NCBI GenBank assembly: GCA_019058315.1
Contig: JAHPZH010000005.1
Location: 320,601 to 384,600 of the forward strand
DNA from: Candidatus Helarchaeota archaeon
Lineage (GTDB): Archaea; Asgardarchaeota; Lokiarchaeia; Helarchaeales; RDOG01
DNA: 64,000 bases
Reading direction: 5' to 3'
Part shown: positions 30,700-39,141 of the stretch, piece by piece
Position numbering within the stretch: the first letter of the stretch is position 1
Layout of the letters: each line of letters begins with the position of its first letter
Translations under genes and position numbers: made by a program
The notes under the pieces: generated by a model
The model's database searches: none
Told to the model about the DNA's origin: nothing
Seen by the model: only the letters and a program-made list of their open reading frames with translations

Positions 30700-31326
30700 T
30701 TGGAATGGAATCCATTAAAATGGCCATATTATTGCATTGCTGGTATTATTTCCATCTTGTTTTTTTTCATTTTCAGTTATATTGCTTACCTTCACTTTCC
30801 AATTAACTATTCAATATTTACAAATTATGTTTCTGAATTGGGTAATTCATTACGAAATCCAAGTGGTGCTATCTATTTCAACATTGGAGTAATTTTAACA
30901 GGAATTGCTCTTTTTCCATTCTTTATTGGGCTTTACTTATGGTATTCAGAAGTCACTTGGAGGACTACACTCATAATTATTTCTCAATTATTCGGTTTTG
31001 GTGCAGCTTTTTCTGTGATTATGGTTGGCTTTTTTCCCGAGCACCTTATAACTGCCCATTTATTCTGGAGTTATCTTTTTTTCATAATGCTTCTTATTTT
31101 TACTCTCTTGATTTCAATCTCTTTATTTACCCATCCCGATTTTAATAGAATAATAAGTATTTTTGGCTTTGTAATTGTAGCTCTTTATGTATTATTTTTT
31201 TATTTAGTGATTAATAATTTGTTCATAGGGCTTAATTATATACTCGAATGGCTTATGGTGATATTTATTTTTACTTTATTTGGTTTAATCACATTAAATA
31301 TGTTTAAATTAAAATATCCATCATGA
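30700..31326 (+). CDS. DUF998-like membrane protein
   Basis: YS...NYVSELG, YFN.G, VG.FPE, H in TM4, LEW in last TM. Confidence 0.7.
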   Translation: MEWNPLKWPYYCIAGIISILFFFIFSYIAYLHFPINYSIFTNYVSELGNSLRNPSGAIYFNIGVILTGIALFPFFIGLYLWYSEVTWRTTLIIISQLFGFGAAFSVIMVGFFPEHLITAHLFWSYLFFIMLLIFTLLISISLFTHPDFNRIISIFGFVIVALYVLFFYLVINNLFIGLNYILEWLMVIFIFTLFGLITLNMFKLKYPS

Positions 31327-31419
31327 AATTAAATATTTTCAAATATTGAAATAAGATTTTATTTCATTTAAATCAATTACAGATAAGATTTTTATCTAAA
31401 GATTTTAAGAATTAAACAA

Positions 31420-32823
31420 ATGATAAATTCTCCATTTGATCAACAAAAATTACGAATTAAAGCTGCAGCTATCTCAATAATATTACATATATTTTTACTT
31501 TCGATTAAATTGATAGTGGGTTTTTTATCGAACAGTTTAAGTATTATCGCTTTAGCTGCGGATTCTGGTTTTGATTTAATTGCTTCATTTGCAACCTATT
31601 GGGGCATTATTAAAATATCAAAACCTGCCGATTTAGACCATATGTATGGTCATGGAAAATACGAATTTTTGGCCAGCGTCTTTCAGGCAGTTATTCTATT
31701 TATTACAGCAATTTTAATAATTTTAGATGCAATCTTTCGACTTATTTATGGAGCTGAAGTATTAGTTAATATATATTCTTTCATTATAATGATAATAGGA
31801 ATTGTAACTAATATCTTTTTGAATAGATATTTGCTTAAGATAAGTAAAAAAACAAATAGTCTAGCTTTAGAGGCTAACTCAATAAATTCTCTATCAGATA
31901 TTTTAAATTATCTTATAGTTTTCGTAGGTCTGTTTTTTATTTTATATTTAGAAATGACTATATTAGATGCAGTACTTGCTGTAGTAATTTCTCTTTTTGT
32001 GTTCTATGGTGGATTAAAATTATCTAATAAAGCAATAGGAGGGTTATTAGATAAAGTTCCTCGGGAAGTAAAAATTGAACGAATAAAAGAAATTAGTGAA
32101 TCAATAGATGAAGTATTAGAGGCACATTCTATTAGAATGAGAGCTTCTGGACCATTTATTTTTATAGATCTTCATGTAATAGTTAGTGCAGCACAATCAG
32201 TTCAATTTTCTCACTTTTTGACTCAAAGGATAGAAAATGAGATAAAAAAAGAATTTCCCTCTGTTACTGATGTTCTAATTCATATTGAACCAAAAAAAAT
32301 AATGAGTTCGGAAATTAAAAACAATATTAAAAGAAAAATATTGGAGCTTGAAGAAGTTCAGAGATGTCATCATATCCATTTTGGTTCCGCTGAAGATAGA
32401 TATTTTTTAGATTGTCATGTAATTATTGATGGAATGGCATCATTAGATTATGTTCATGAAATCACTAAAAAAATTGAAAAAAATATAAAAAACGAAATAA
32501 AAGGCAAATTAAATATTGAAAACATCGATATTCTTGTACATGCGGAACCTTGTGATGATTTCTATAGAAAAGATTTAATTGATGATATTACTCAGATTGT
32601 CAAAAATGTTTCTGTGGTTGAAAACTGTCATAATATTAAAATTAGAGTCGAAGAAAAGGAAATTTTATGTAGCCTACATATAATTGTAAAGAAAGATATG
32701 AATATTAATGAGGGACATGAAATCTCTAATATGATCGAAAAGATTGTGGAAACCAAATTAAAAGAAGTATCTGATGAGAAACCATTCAATATCACTATAC
32801 ATTTAGAACCATTTGAACATTAA
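31420..32823 (+). CDS. Cation diffusion facilitator transporter with three C-terminal dimerisation domains
   Basis: PADLDHMYGHGKYE; three repeats ending IHIEP / VHAEP / IHLEP. Confidence 0.9.
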   Translation: MINSPFDQQKLRIKAAAISIILHIFLLSIKLIVGFLSNSLSIIALAADSGFDLIASFATYWGIIKISKPADLDHMYGHGKYEFLASVFQAVILFITAILIILDAIFRLIYGAEVLVNIYSFIIMIIGIVTNIFLNRYLLKISKKTNSLALEANSINSLSDILNYLIVFVGLFFILYLEMTILDAVLAVVISLFVFYGGLKLSNKAIGGLLDKVPREVKIERIKEISESIDEVLEAHSIRMRASGPFIFIDLHVIVSAAQSVQFSHFLTQRIENEIKKEFPSVTDVLIHIEPKKIMSSEIKNNIKRKILELEEVQRCHHIHFGSAEDRYFLDCHVIIDGMASLDYVHEITKKIEKNIKNEIKGKLNIENIDILVHAEPCDDFYRKDLIDDITQIVKNVSVVENCHNIKIRVEEKEILCSLHIIVKKDMNINEGHEISNMIEKIVETKLKEVSDEKPFNITIHLEPFEH

Positions 32824-33014
32824 TAAAAATAAATTCTTATTTTTTAATCCTATAATTTAAATTTAGTATTAAGGGTTATGCTTTATAAAATAATTTTCTT
32901 TTAAAATTACAATAAGCAAAATATAACATTGAAATATTTTTAAAAAAATCAAATAAGGTCTATTAAATAAAAATCATTTATAATTAATGAGATTAAAAAT
33001 ATTGAGGGTTTAAC

Positions 33015-34919
33015 ATGGAAGGAAAAAGAATTTCATACCATGAATCAGTTCGAAAAGTTTATGAAAGAATTAAAAAAGATGGAATGACTAATATTTGGGA
33101 TCGATTTAAAGCTCAAGGGTTTGGAGATGATCCAGATAAAAGATGTCCATTTTGTTTAGGTGGAGTCAGATGTGATTTATGTTCAAATGGTCCTTGTCGA
33201 GCAGATGTGGCAAAGGACAAAAGAGGGGTTTGTGGTATTACTGGTGATGGAATGGCAATGAGAATGATGCTTCTTAGGAATGTTATGGGAGCATCTACTT
33301 ATCATTATCATACCGATCAAACAATAAAAACGCTTCGAGCAACTGCAAATGGAAAAACTCCATTCGAGATAAAAGAACCAGATAAATTGAAAAATTTCGC
33401 TGAAAGATTGGGTGTCGATACTTCAGGGACAATAAAAGAAATAGCCATTCGGTTATGTGATTTTGTAGAATCTGATTTTAACAAAAAATACGATGAACCC
33501 AGTGCAATAGTCGAAGCTTTGGCACCCAGAGAACGCATAGAGCTCTGGAAAAAACTAGGTATTTTTCCAGGTGGTCTACATGGAGAGATAATGTTTTCTA
33601 CGAGTTCTTGTTTGACTAACGTAGATGGATATTATTTAAGCCTTGCTCTTAAAGCGATGCGTTTAGGTGTAGCAATGGCATATCAAAGCCAAATTGTAAA
33701 TGAATTTTGCCAAGATATTCTCTTTAATATCCCCAGACCACATAAAATGCGTGTAGATTTAGGAGTATTGGATCCTGATTATGTAAATATCTTACCTAAT
33801 GGTCATGAACCATTCCTAGGTTTTGCTATGATTCTTCAAGGCCGAAAAAAAGAATGGCAAGATAAAGCAAAAGCTGCTGGTGCAAAAGGTTTAAGGGTGA
33901 TTGCAAATATTGAAACGGGTCAAGAAATGATTCAAAGATGGGAAATGGACGATGTGTTTTATGGCTTTACAGGAAATTGGATAATGCAAGAAGCTGTTCT
34001 CGCTACTGGGTGTGTTGACCTATTTGCTTGCGATATGAATTGTTCAATGCCAATCGACCCAAAATATGCCGAAAAATATAAATTCAAGCTAATTCCAGTA
34101 AGCGAAGTTGTCGCTTTTGAAGGTATTGAAGAGAGAGTCGATTATATTCCCGAAAAAGCTGAAGAGCAAGCAGCTCAGCTTTTACAGATGGCTATTGATA
34201 ATTTTAAAGAACGTAGAAAAACAGTTGACCCTGTTACTAATTTACCAACCAATGAAGCTATAGTTGGATTTTCTTCAGAGAGCATTCTGGAAGCTCTTGG
34301 TGGAAAATTAGATCCATTATTGGATGCAATAAAAGCTGGAACCTTGCGAGGAGTTGTTGGAATGGTTTCTTGTACAAGCTTGAGAGATTATGGTCAAGAT
34401 GTACATACAGTAAATATTGTTAAAGAATTAATTAAACGTGACATTTTAGTACTTTCAATGGGGTGTGGTAATGGTGGCTTACAAGTAGCAGGACTTTGTA
34501 GCCCAGAAGCAAAAGAATTAGCAGGACCTGGTTTAAAAAGTATATGTGAGCAGTTAAATATTCCACCAGTTCTTAGTTATGGAACTTGTACTGATACTGG
34601 ACGTATTGCAGATTTACTTGCTGCGATCTCAAGTGCATTAGGAGACGTTCCTATACCAGATCTTCCCGTTGCTGCGGCTGCGCCAGAATATATGGAGCAA
34701 AAAGCAACAATTGATGCAGTATTTGCCTTGGCATTTGGACTTTATACGTACGTGAATCCAGTTCCAACCGTAACAGGAGGACCAGATTTGGTTAAACTTT
34801 TAACACAAGACATAAAACAAGTCACTGGAGGATTACTAAACGTCGAAACTGATGTTATTAAAGCAGTAGATGGCATTCAAGCGCATATAGAAGCAAATAG
34901 GAAAAAACTTGGTATATAA
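33015..34919 (+). CDS. cooS: Anaerobic CO dehydrogenase-family protein, atypical CooS-V-like
   Basis: CPFC..VRCDLCSNGPC..GVCG, NGHEP, DMNC, VSCT, GCG, GTCTD, EYMEQKA; ANIET where canonical CODH has G(I/M)CCT. Confidence 0.9.
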   Translation: MEGKRISYHESVRKVYERIKKDGMTNIWDRFKAQGFGDDPDKRCPFCLGGVRCDLCSNGPCRADVAKDKRGVCGITGDGMAMRMMLLRNVMGASTYHYHTDQTIKTLRATANGKTPFEIKEPDKLKNFAERLGVDTSGTIKEIAIRLCDFVESDFNKKYDEPSAIVEALAPRERIELWKKLGIFPGGLHGEIMFSTSSCLTNVDGYYLSLALKAMRLGVAMAYQSQIVNEFCQDILFNIPRPHKMRVDLGVLDPDYVNILPNGHEPFLGFAMILQGRKKEWQDKAKAAGAKGLRVIANIETGQEMIQRWEMDDVFYGFTGNWIMQEAVLATGCVDLFACDMNCSMPIDPKYAEKYKFKLIPVSEVVAFEGIEERVDYIPEKAEEQAAQLLQMAIDNFKERRKTVDPVTNLPTNEAIVGFSSESILEALGGKLDPLLDAIKAGTLRGVVGMVSCTSLRDYGQDVHTVNIVKELIKRDILVLSMGCGNGGLQVAGLCSPEAKELAGPGLKSICEQLNIPPVLSYGTCTDTGRIADLLAAISSALGDVPIPDLPVAAAAPEYMEQKATIDAVFALAFGLYTYVNPVPTVTGGPDLVKLLTQDIKQVTGGLLNVETDVIKAVDGIQAHIEANRKKLGI

Positions 34920-34997
34920 TGATATGTACCTAAAAAATCCTCGAAAATTAACTTTTTTTTATTCAATTTAATATAAATTCTGAAATTAAAAATGAAT

Positions 34998-35013
34998 AAG
35001 GGTGCATACCCTT
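34998..35013 (-). terminator. Small perfect hairpin AAGGGT-4nt-ACCCTT followed by U-rich tract
   Basis: Inverted repeat immediately 3' of the SECIS-like hairpin, between convergent genes. Confidence 0.35.
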
Positions 35014-35055
35014 CCATCAAAGCACCTCTAAATTTTTTAGGTGTTTCTCATTTGG
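35014..35055 (-). promoter_or_regulatory. SECIS-like kink-turn hairpin (eukaryote/Lokiarchaeota type)
   Basis: RNA CCA-AAU-GAG-AAACACCU-AAAAAAUUUAG-AGGUGCUU-UGA-UGG: CCA/UGG stem, 3-nt bulge, AUGA..GA tandem G.A core, 7 of 8 bp upper helix, A-rich apical loop. Confidence 0.7.
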
Positions 35056-35488
35056 TTTTAGAATATTGCTTCGTTATTGGATGTTCTTGTCCAAATCTCT
35101 TTGATAAAGCTTTTATAAACTCGTCGATTTTTAATCTTGCATCTATTTCATTTCATCAACAACCAGCATCGGGTGTCAAGAAGACGGAGGAAGACGGGGG
35201 GAGATTTAAAAAAGGATCATCAGCAAGAGGAAGAAATTCTTTATCTTCAGTTCGTGCATCAATTCCTAAATCTATATAAAAATCTCCAGATTGAGGATTC
35301 CAAAGAAGTTGAAGTAAATTGTCTAATATTTTTATAGGAAATGGTTTGTTCCCTAAAATTTCTTTTAGTTTTAGATCTGCAGCTGCAATTGCATCAATTA
35401 CATTACCGTCGTCAGGGATTTCGACTATGAATTTGTTCGTGATCTTGAGAATTTTATCATGTAAAACCATGAGGGTTATTTTCTTCAA
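35048..35488 (-). CDS. MoaD/SAMP-like (ubiquitin-fold) protein, predicted selenoprotein with G-C-U-U motif (146 aa if both UGAs are read)
   Basis: ORF track stops at 35156 (..SSVFLTPDAGC). Codons 35156-35158 and 35153-35155 are TGA TGA, then 34 sense codons NEIDARLKIDEFIKALSKRFGQEHPITKQYSKTK to TGA 35048-35050, which sits inside the SECIS-like hairpin. Confidence 0.68.
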
Positions 35489-35620
35489 ATTTTCTCAACC
35501 TTTATCATTTTTTCCTTTTTAATATAACAATCTTGTGGATATAAAAGACTTACAACTCAAGTCAAAGGAATAAATATAAACCAAATATCATAAAAGAAAT
35601 TATAAATTCATTGAAAGAGG

Positions 35621-35956
35621 ATGATTAAAATGGAAAAAGCTACTAATTCAATGAGGATTGATTTAGAGCAGATTTTTAAAAAGATAAGACCTCATATGGA
35701 TACAATAATAAAACAATATAATGTAGACGTGATTGGAATCATCGGATCTTACTTAAAAGGGGAACAAAAAACTGATAATGACCTCGGTTTTTATATAAAA
35801 TTTACAAGTGCTAATATTAAGTCAGATCATATAAATAATTTAAAGAAATTTCTTGAGGATGTATTTAATCTTAAAATTGATTTATTAATAGAGAATCAGC
35901 TTGATGAAAAGTTAAAGCCTAAAATTATTAAAGATGTAGAATTTATTGAAGGATAA
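35621..35956 (+). CDS. Minimal nucleotidyltransferase (MNT) domain protein, degenerate
   Basis: IGIIGSYLKGEQKTDNDLG corresponds to GSxxxGxxxxxSDxD, with the second Asp absent; LKKFLED.F..KIDL. Confidence 0.75.
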   Translation: MIKMEKATNSMRIDLEQIFKKIRPHMDTIIKQYNVDVIGIIGSYLKGEQKTDNDLGFYIKFTSANIKSDHINNLKKFLEDVFNLKIDLLIENQLDEKLKPKIIKDVEFIEG

Positions 35957-35961
35957 ATTTA

Positions 35962-36513
35962 TTATAAATCGAATTCAAAGTGTCTTATTCCGTACGCATC
36001 CTCCTTTATAAGGTTAAAACCACTTTCACCCATTATTTGCATCATTTTGTCATTTCGGAGAAACACATCACCTTTTACTTTTTTAACTCCTCTTTTTTGC
36101 ATAACTCTGAGCATATAGAGTAACATTTGAGTTCCTAAACCTTTTCCTTGCCATTTATCTGCAACTACAACAGCTAGTTCCGCAGAATCAGAACCTGGAG
36201 GGTCCAATCCATAGCGAACCACTCCAATCATTTTATCTTTTCCGTTTTCATTATAAATCGCGATAATTGCAAATTTATTTATGTAATCTATTTTTGTATA
36301 TTTATCTATCATTCTCTGATCAGGTGTTGGCATATTGGAGAAAAATCGCAAATATTTGGTATTACTACTTAAGGAATTATACAATTCAACCCATATATCT
36401 GCATCAGTGGGTTTGATGGGACGAAGTAATATTTTAGTTCCATCTCTTAATTTAATTAATTTCTCAAACTTTTTGGGATATTCATAAGGAACCAATTTTT
36501 TCATAATTTTCAC
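35962..36513 (-). CDS. GNAT acetyltransferase (Pat/PatZ GNAT-domain-like)
   Basis: LRDGT.ILLRPIKPTD, Y.RFF, IDY, AELAVVVADKWQGKGLG. Confidence 0.88.
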   Translation of the reverse strand: MKIMKKLVPYEYPKKFEKLIKLRDGTKILLRPIKPTDADIWVELYNSLSSNTKYLRFFSNMPTPDQRMIDKYTKIDYINKFAIIAIYNENGKDKMIGVVRYGLDPPGSDSAELAVVVADKWQGKGLGTQMLLYMLRVMQKRGVKKVKGDVFLRNDKMMQIMGESGFNLIKEDAYGIRHFEFDL

Positions 36514-36521
36514 AATTGGCT

Positions 36522-37316
36522 TTATTTTCCCTTATAATTAGGAGATCTTTTTTCAAAAAATGCAGTCACTCCTTCTTTGAAATCTTCTGTTTTACTAATT
36601 TCTATTTGATTTGCTCGTTCTTTTGAAAGTTGCGTTTTAAAGTCGTTCAAATAACCTTCTTCAATTAATTTTTTAGATGTTCCTATAGCTAATGGTGGAC
36701 CATTTGCTAATTTTAATGCGAATTCTTCAATTTCTTTATCGAATTCTGCTTCCGGAACATAAAAATTAATAAGCCCTAATCTTTCTGCTTCTTTGGCATC
36801 TATGGTTTTTCCTGTAAATATTAATTCTAAAGCTTTCGCTCTTCCAATTAATCTTGGTAACAAATATGTACCCCCATTATCAACTGCGAGACCTACATTT
36901 GCAAAAGCTTCACTTAATTTAGCTGTATCCGCTGCAATGATAATATCACATGCCAAAGCCAAATTAAGAGCTGCACCCATTGCAAATCCATTTATTGCAG
37001 CTATCACTGGTTTTTCCATAGTTCTTATTGAATAACTTAGTTTATGAAGAATTTTAGTAAGTTCAGAGATGAATTCCGCTTGTATCCCCTCATCTATAGC
37101 TTTTTTAAACTCTTTGACATCACCACCCGCTGAAAAAGCTCTACCTTGACCAGTCAGTATAATTACACGGATTTTATCATTGTTTAAACAATTATTAAAA
37201 GCGTTATCTAATTCATTTGCTGTATCTTTATTTAATGCATTCAATACTTTTGGTCTATTTATTCTAATTATTGCAATAGGTGTTTTCTCTTCAAGAATTA
37301 TATTTTGATAATCCAA
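36522..37316 (-). CDS. Enoyl-CoA hydratase/isomerase family protein
   Basis: NRPKVLNAL, AFSAGGD, KPVIAAING.A.G, DFKEGVTAFFEKR.P. Confidence 0.95.
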   Translation of the reverse strand: MDYQNIILEEKTPIAIIRINRPKVLNALNKDTANELDNAFNNCLNNDKIRVIILTGQGRAFSAGGDVKEFKKAIDEGIQAEFISELTKILHKLSYSIRTMEKPVIAAINGFAMGAALNLALACDIIIAADTAKLSEAFANVGLAVDNGGTYLLPRLIGRAKALELIFTGKTIDAKEAERLGLINFYVPEAEFDKEIEEFALKLANGPPLAIGTSKKLIEEGYLNDFKTQLSKERANQIEISKTEDFKEGVTAFFEKRSPNYKGK

Positions 37317-37523
37317 TAAATCTCACCATTTCTAAATTAAAAGTATTTTTTTAATAAAATTAATTTAATACTATTGTAAAATTTTATTTGAATTATTAAA
37401 ATAAATTCTTGTTATTCTTTGGTTTAATTTTTCTAATTATATAATGAAAGTGCCTAATCGAAAGGAACTTAGTTACATTCAAAAATAGAAAAAAAAGAAA
37501 TAGTTAGAATATTGTTCAAATTC

Positions 37524-37694
37524 TTATTTTTTTATAGTGAGTTCCTTTTCACAACAAACAAATTGGCAAGGAGCACATCCGCAAGCTTCGGGTTCGGTTC
37601 CACATTCTGTACATTCTTTGGAAACCGTGAGTTCAAGTCCACAATCAACACATACTAGGACCTGACCTTTTTTAAGTTCATGACAATGAACCAT
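37524..37694 (-). CDS. Small Cys-rich desulforedoxin/metallothionein-like protein (56 aa), absent from ORF track
   Basis: MVHCHELKKGQVLVCVDCGLELTVSKECTECGTEPEACGCAPCQFVCCEKELTIKK; 10 Cys; GGAGGT upstream of ATG. Confidence 0.85.
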   Translation of the reverse strand: MVHCHELKKGQVLVCVDCGLELTVSKECTECGTEPEACGCAPCQFVCCEKELTIKK

Positions 37695-37777
37695 TTTTTA
37701 TTACCTCCTAATTAAAAAATTAATTTAATCAAGACTATAAGAAAATGTTTTGATTTAAGACTTATCAAAGAAATAGA

Positions 37778-37900
37778 GCAGGATATAAAAAGCCAAGAAC
37801 AGTTGTATTTACTAATGAATTTCCTATTTCCCCTGTAGGTAAAATATTTAGACAAAAAATTAGGGAACTGTATGGGAAACCAGATACTTCCATCAATTAA
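37778..37900 (+). pseudogene. C-terminal remnant of an acyl-CoA synthetase
   Basis: AGYKKPRTVVFTNEFPISPVGKIFRQKIRELYGKPDTSIN* aligns with the C-terminus of 22770..24794; in-frame TGA at 37751 and no start codon after it. Confidence 0.85.
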
Positions 37901-37914
37901 TATTGGAAATTATT

Positions 37915-39054
37915 CTACTTTTCTTTTAGAAATCGGTTAGATAAAAATAAGGAGAGAAGATAATACTTCATTATTGATACTTTTTTTAAAAGTAGAACTA
38001 TATTAAAAATATAATAAGTTCTTTTAAGAAACCAAAATAAAAGACTTTTAATTGAAAATTTATTATAGAATCTGCCTAACCCGAAATGTGTTCCAATTGA
38101 AATTAAGAGAAAATCAACTTTAAGTTTTAGAGGTTTCCTTTTTTTATGTTTTACCCTTCTTATAATATCTTTAGAAACGAATTTTGCTTGTTCAACAGCA
38201 ACTTGTGCTAAATTAGGTGCAAATTTTCCTTCAAAAGGAAATAAAGCAGCGTCTCCAATTACATAAACATTTTCAATTGCTTTTAATTCACAAAAATTAT
38301 TCACAATATATCCATTTTCAAAACGTATATCTGAATTGATTAATGGGGGTTTAACACCCGTGCAATTAAAAATAAGGTCCGATTCATAACTTCTTTTTTT
38401 TGTTATAATCTTATTATCATCTATTTTGATTACGGGCTCAGAAGGATGAACTTTTATTCCTAATTGTTTCATTCTTTTTTTAATTATATAATCAAAGCCG
38501 GGATAATTCATAAAATAATTTTTAAAATATAGAAATTGATGGATTTCAAATTTTTTATTAAAATGATTTTTGAAACTGCCTAATTCTCCTACTAGTTCAG
38601 TACCAGTTGCTCCCTCCCCTATAACCGAGAAAACACATTTTTTCTTTTTTAGGGTTTTAATAAGGAGTTGTTTAATTTGTAGAGCATCTTTTAAATTATT
38701 TAATGTTGGTAGATTTTTAGATCCTTCTATTTTCTTATTTGGGATTGCACCAGAACAAATGGCTAGGAAATCATACGAGAGAGATTTATTATTATCTAAA
38801 ATTAGTTTTTTTTCTTTAAAAATGATTTTTTTCACTAAAGATTTTATAAATCTTGTTCTTTTAAGAGAATTTCGATAAAATAATTTCACAGAATTTGGTG
38901 GAATTTCCCCTACACATACTTCATGGATGAGAGGAGTATATTCAAAAAATTCAGTAGGGTTTATCAATATTGATTCTAATTTTTTATGCTTTTCTAGATT
39001 TTTGGCTAAATAAAACCCTCCAAATCCCCCACCAATTATTATAACTCTTTTCAT
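37915..39054 (-). CDS. Type II NADH dehydrogenase-like FAD oxidoreductase
   Basis: IIGGGFGG, YTPLIHEV..G, G.GATGTELVGEL, VYVIGDAA, PNLAQVAVEQA. Confidence 0.88.
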   Translation of the reverse strand: MKRVIIIGGGFGGFYLAKNLEKHKKLESILINPTEFFEYTPLIHEVCVGEIPPNSVKLFYRNSLKRTRFIKSLVKKIIFKEKKLILDNNKSLSYDFLAICSGAIPNKKIEGSKNLPTLNNLKDALQIKQLLIKTLKKKKCVFSVIGEGATGTELVGELGSFKNHFNKKFEIHQFLYFKNYFMNYPGFDYIIKKRMKQLGIKVHPSEPVIKIDDNKIITKKRSYESDLIFNCTGVKPPLINSDIRFENGYIVNNFCELKAIENVYVIGDAALFPFEGKFAPNLAQVAVEQAKFVSKDIIRRVKHKKRKPLKLKVDFLLISIGTHFGLGRFYNKFSIKSLLFWFLKRTYYIFNIVLLLKKVSIMKYYLLSLFLSNRFLKEK

Positions 39055-39141
39055 TTTCTTATCATTTTATAATTTAAATTATTTTAAATTCTATTTAAAT
39101 TTTCCAAGGTTCTACAATAATTTTTATCAATTTTGAACTCC

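Noticed and set aside
33015-34919. cooS as evidence of Wood-Ljungdahl CODH/ACS or carboxydotrophy
   Set aside because: C-cluster and catalytic positions are substituted and no acs/cdh/cooC neighbours are present.
35153-35158. TGA TGA as an ordinary tandem stop
   Set aside because: Not excluded, but disfavoured: it follows a Cys, the frame continues with coding-like composition, and a SECIS-like K-turn lies at a suitable distance.
34992-35522. Plus-strand ORFs 34992..35279, 35137..35337 and 35319..35522
   Set aside because: They are antisense shadows of the minus-strand ubiquitin-fold gene and its extension, with no recognisable motifs.
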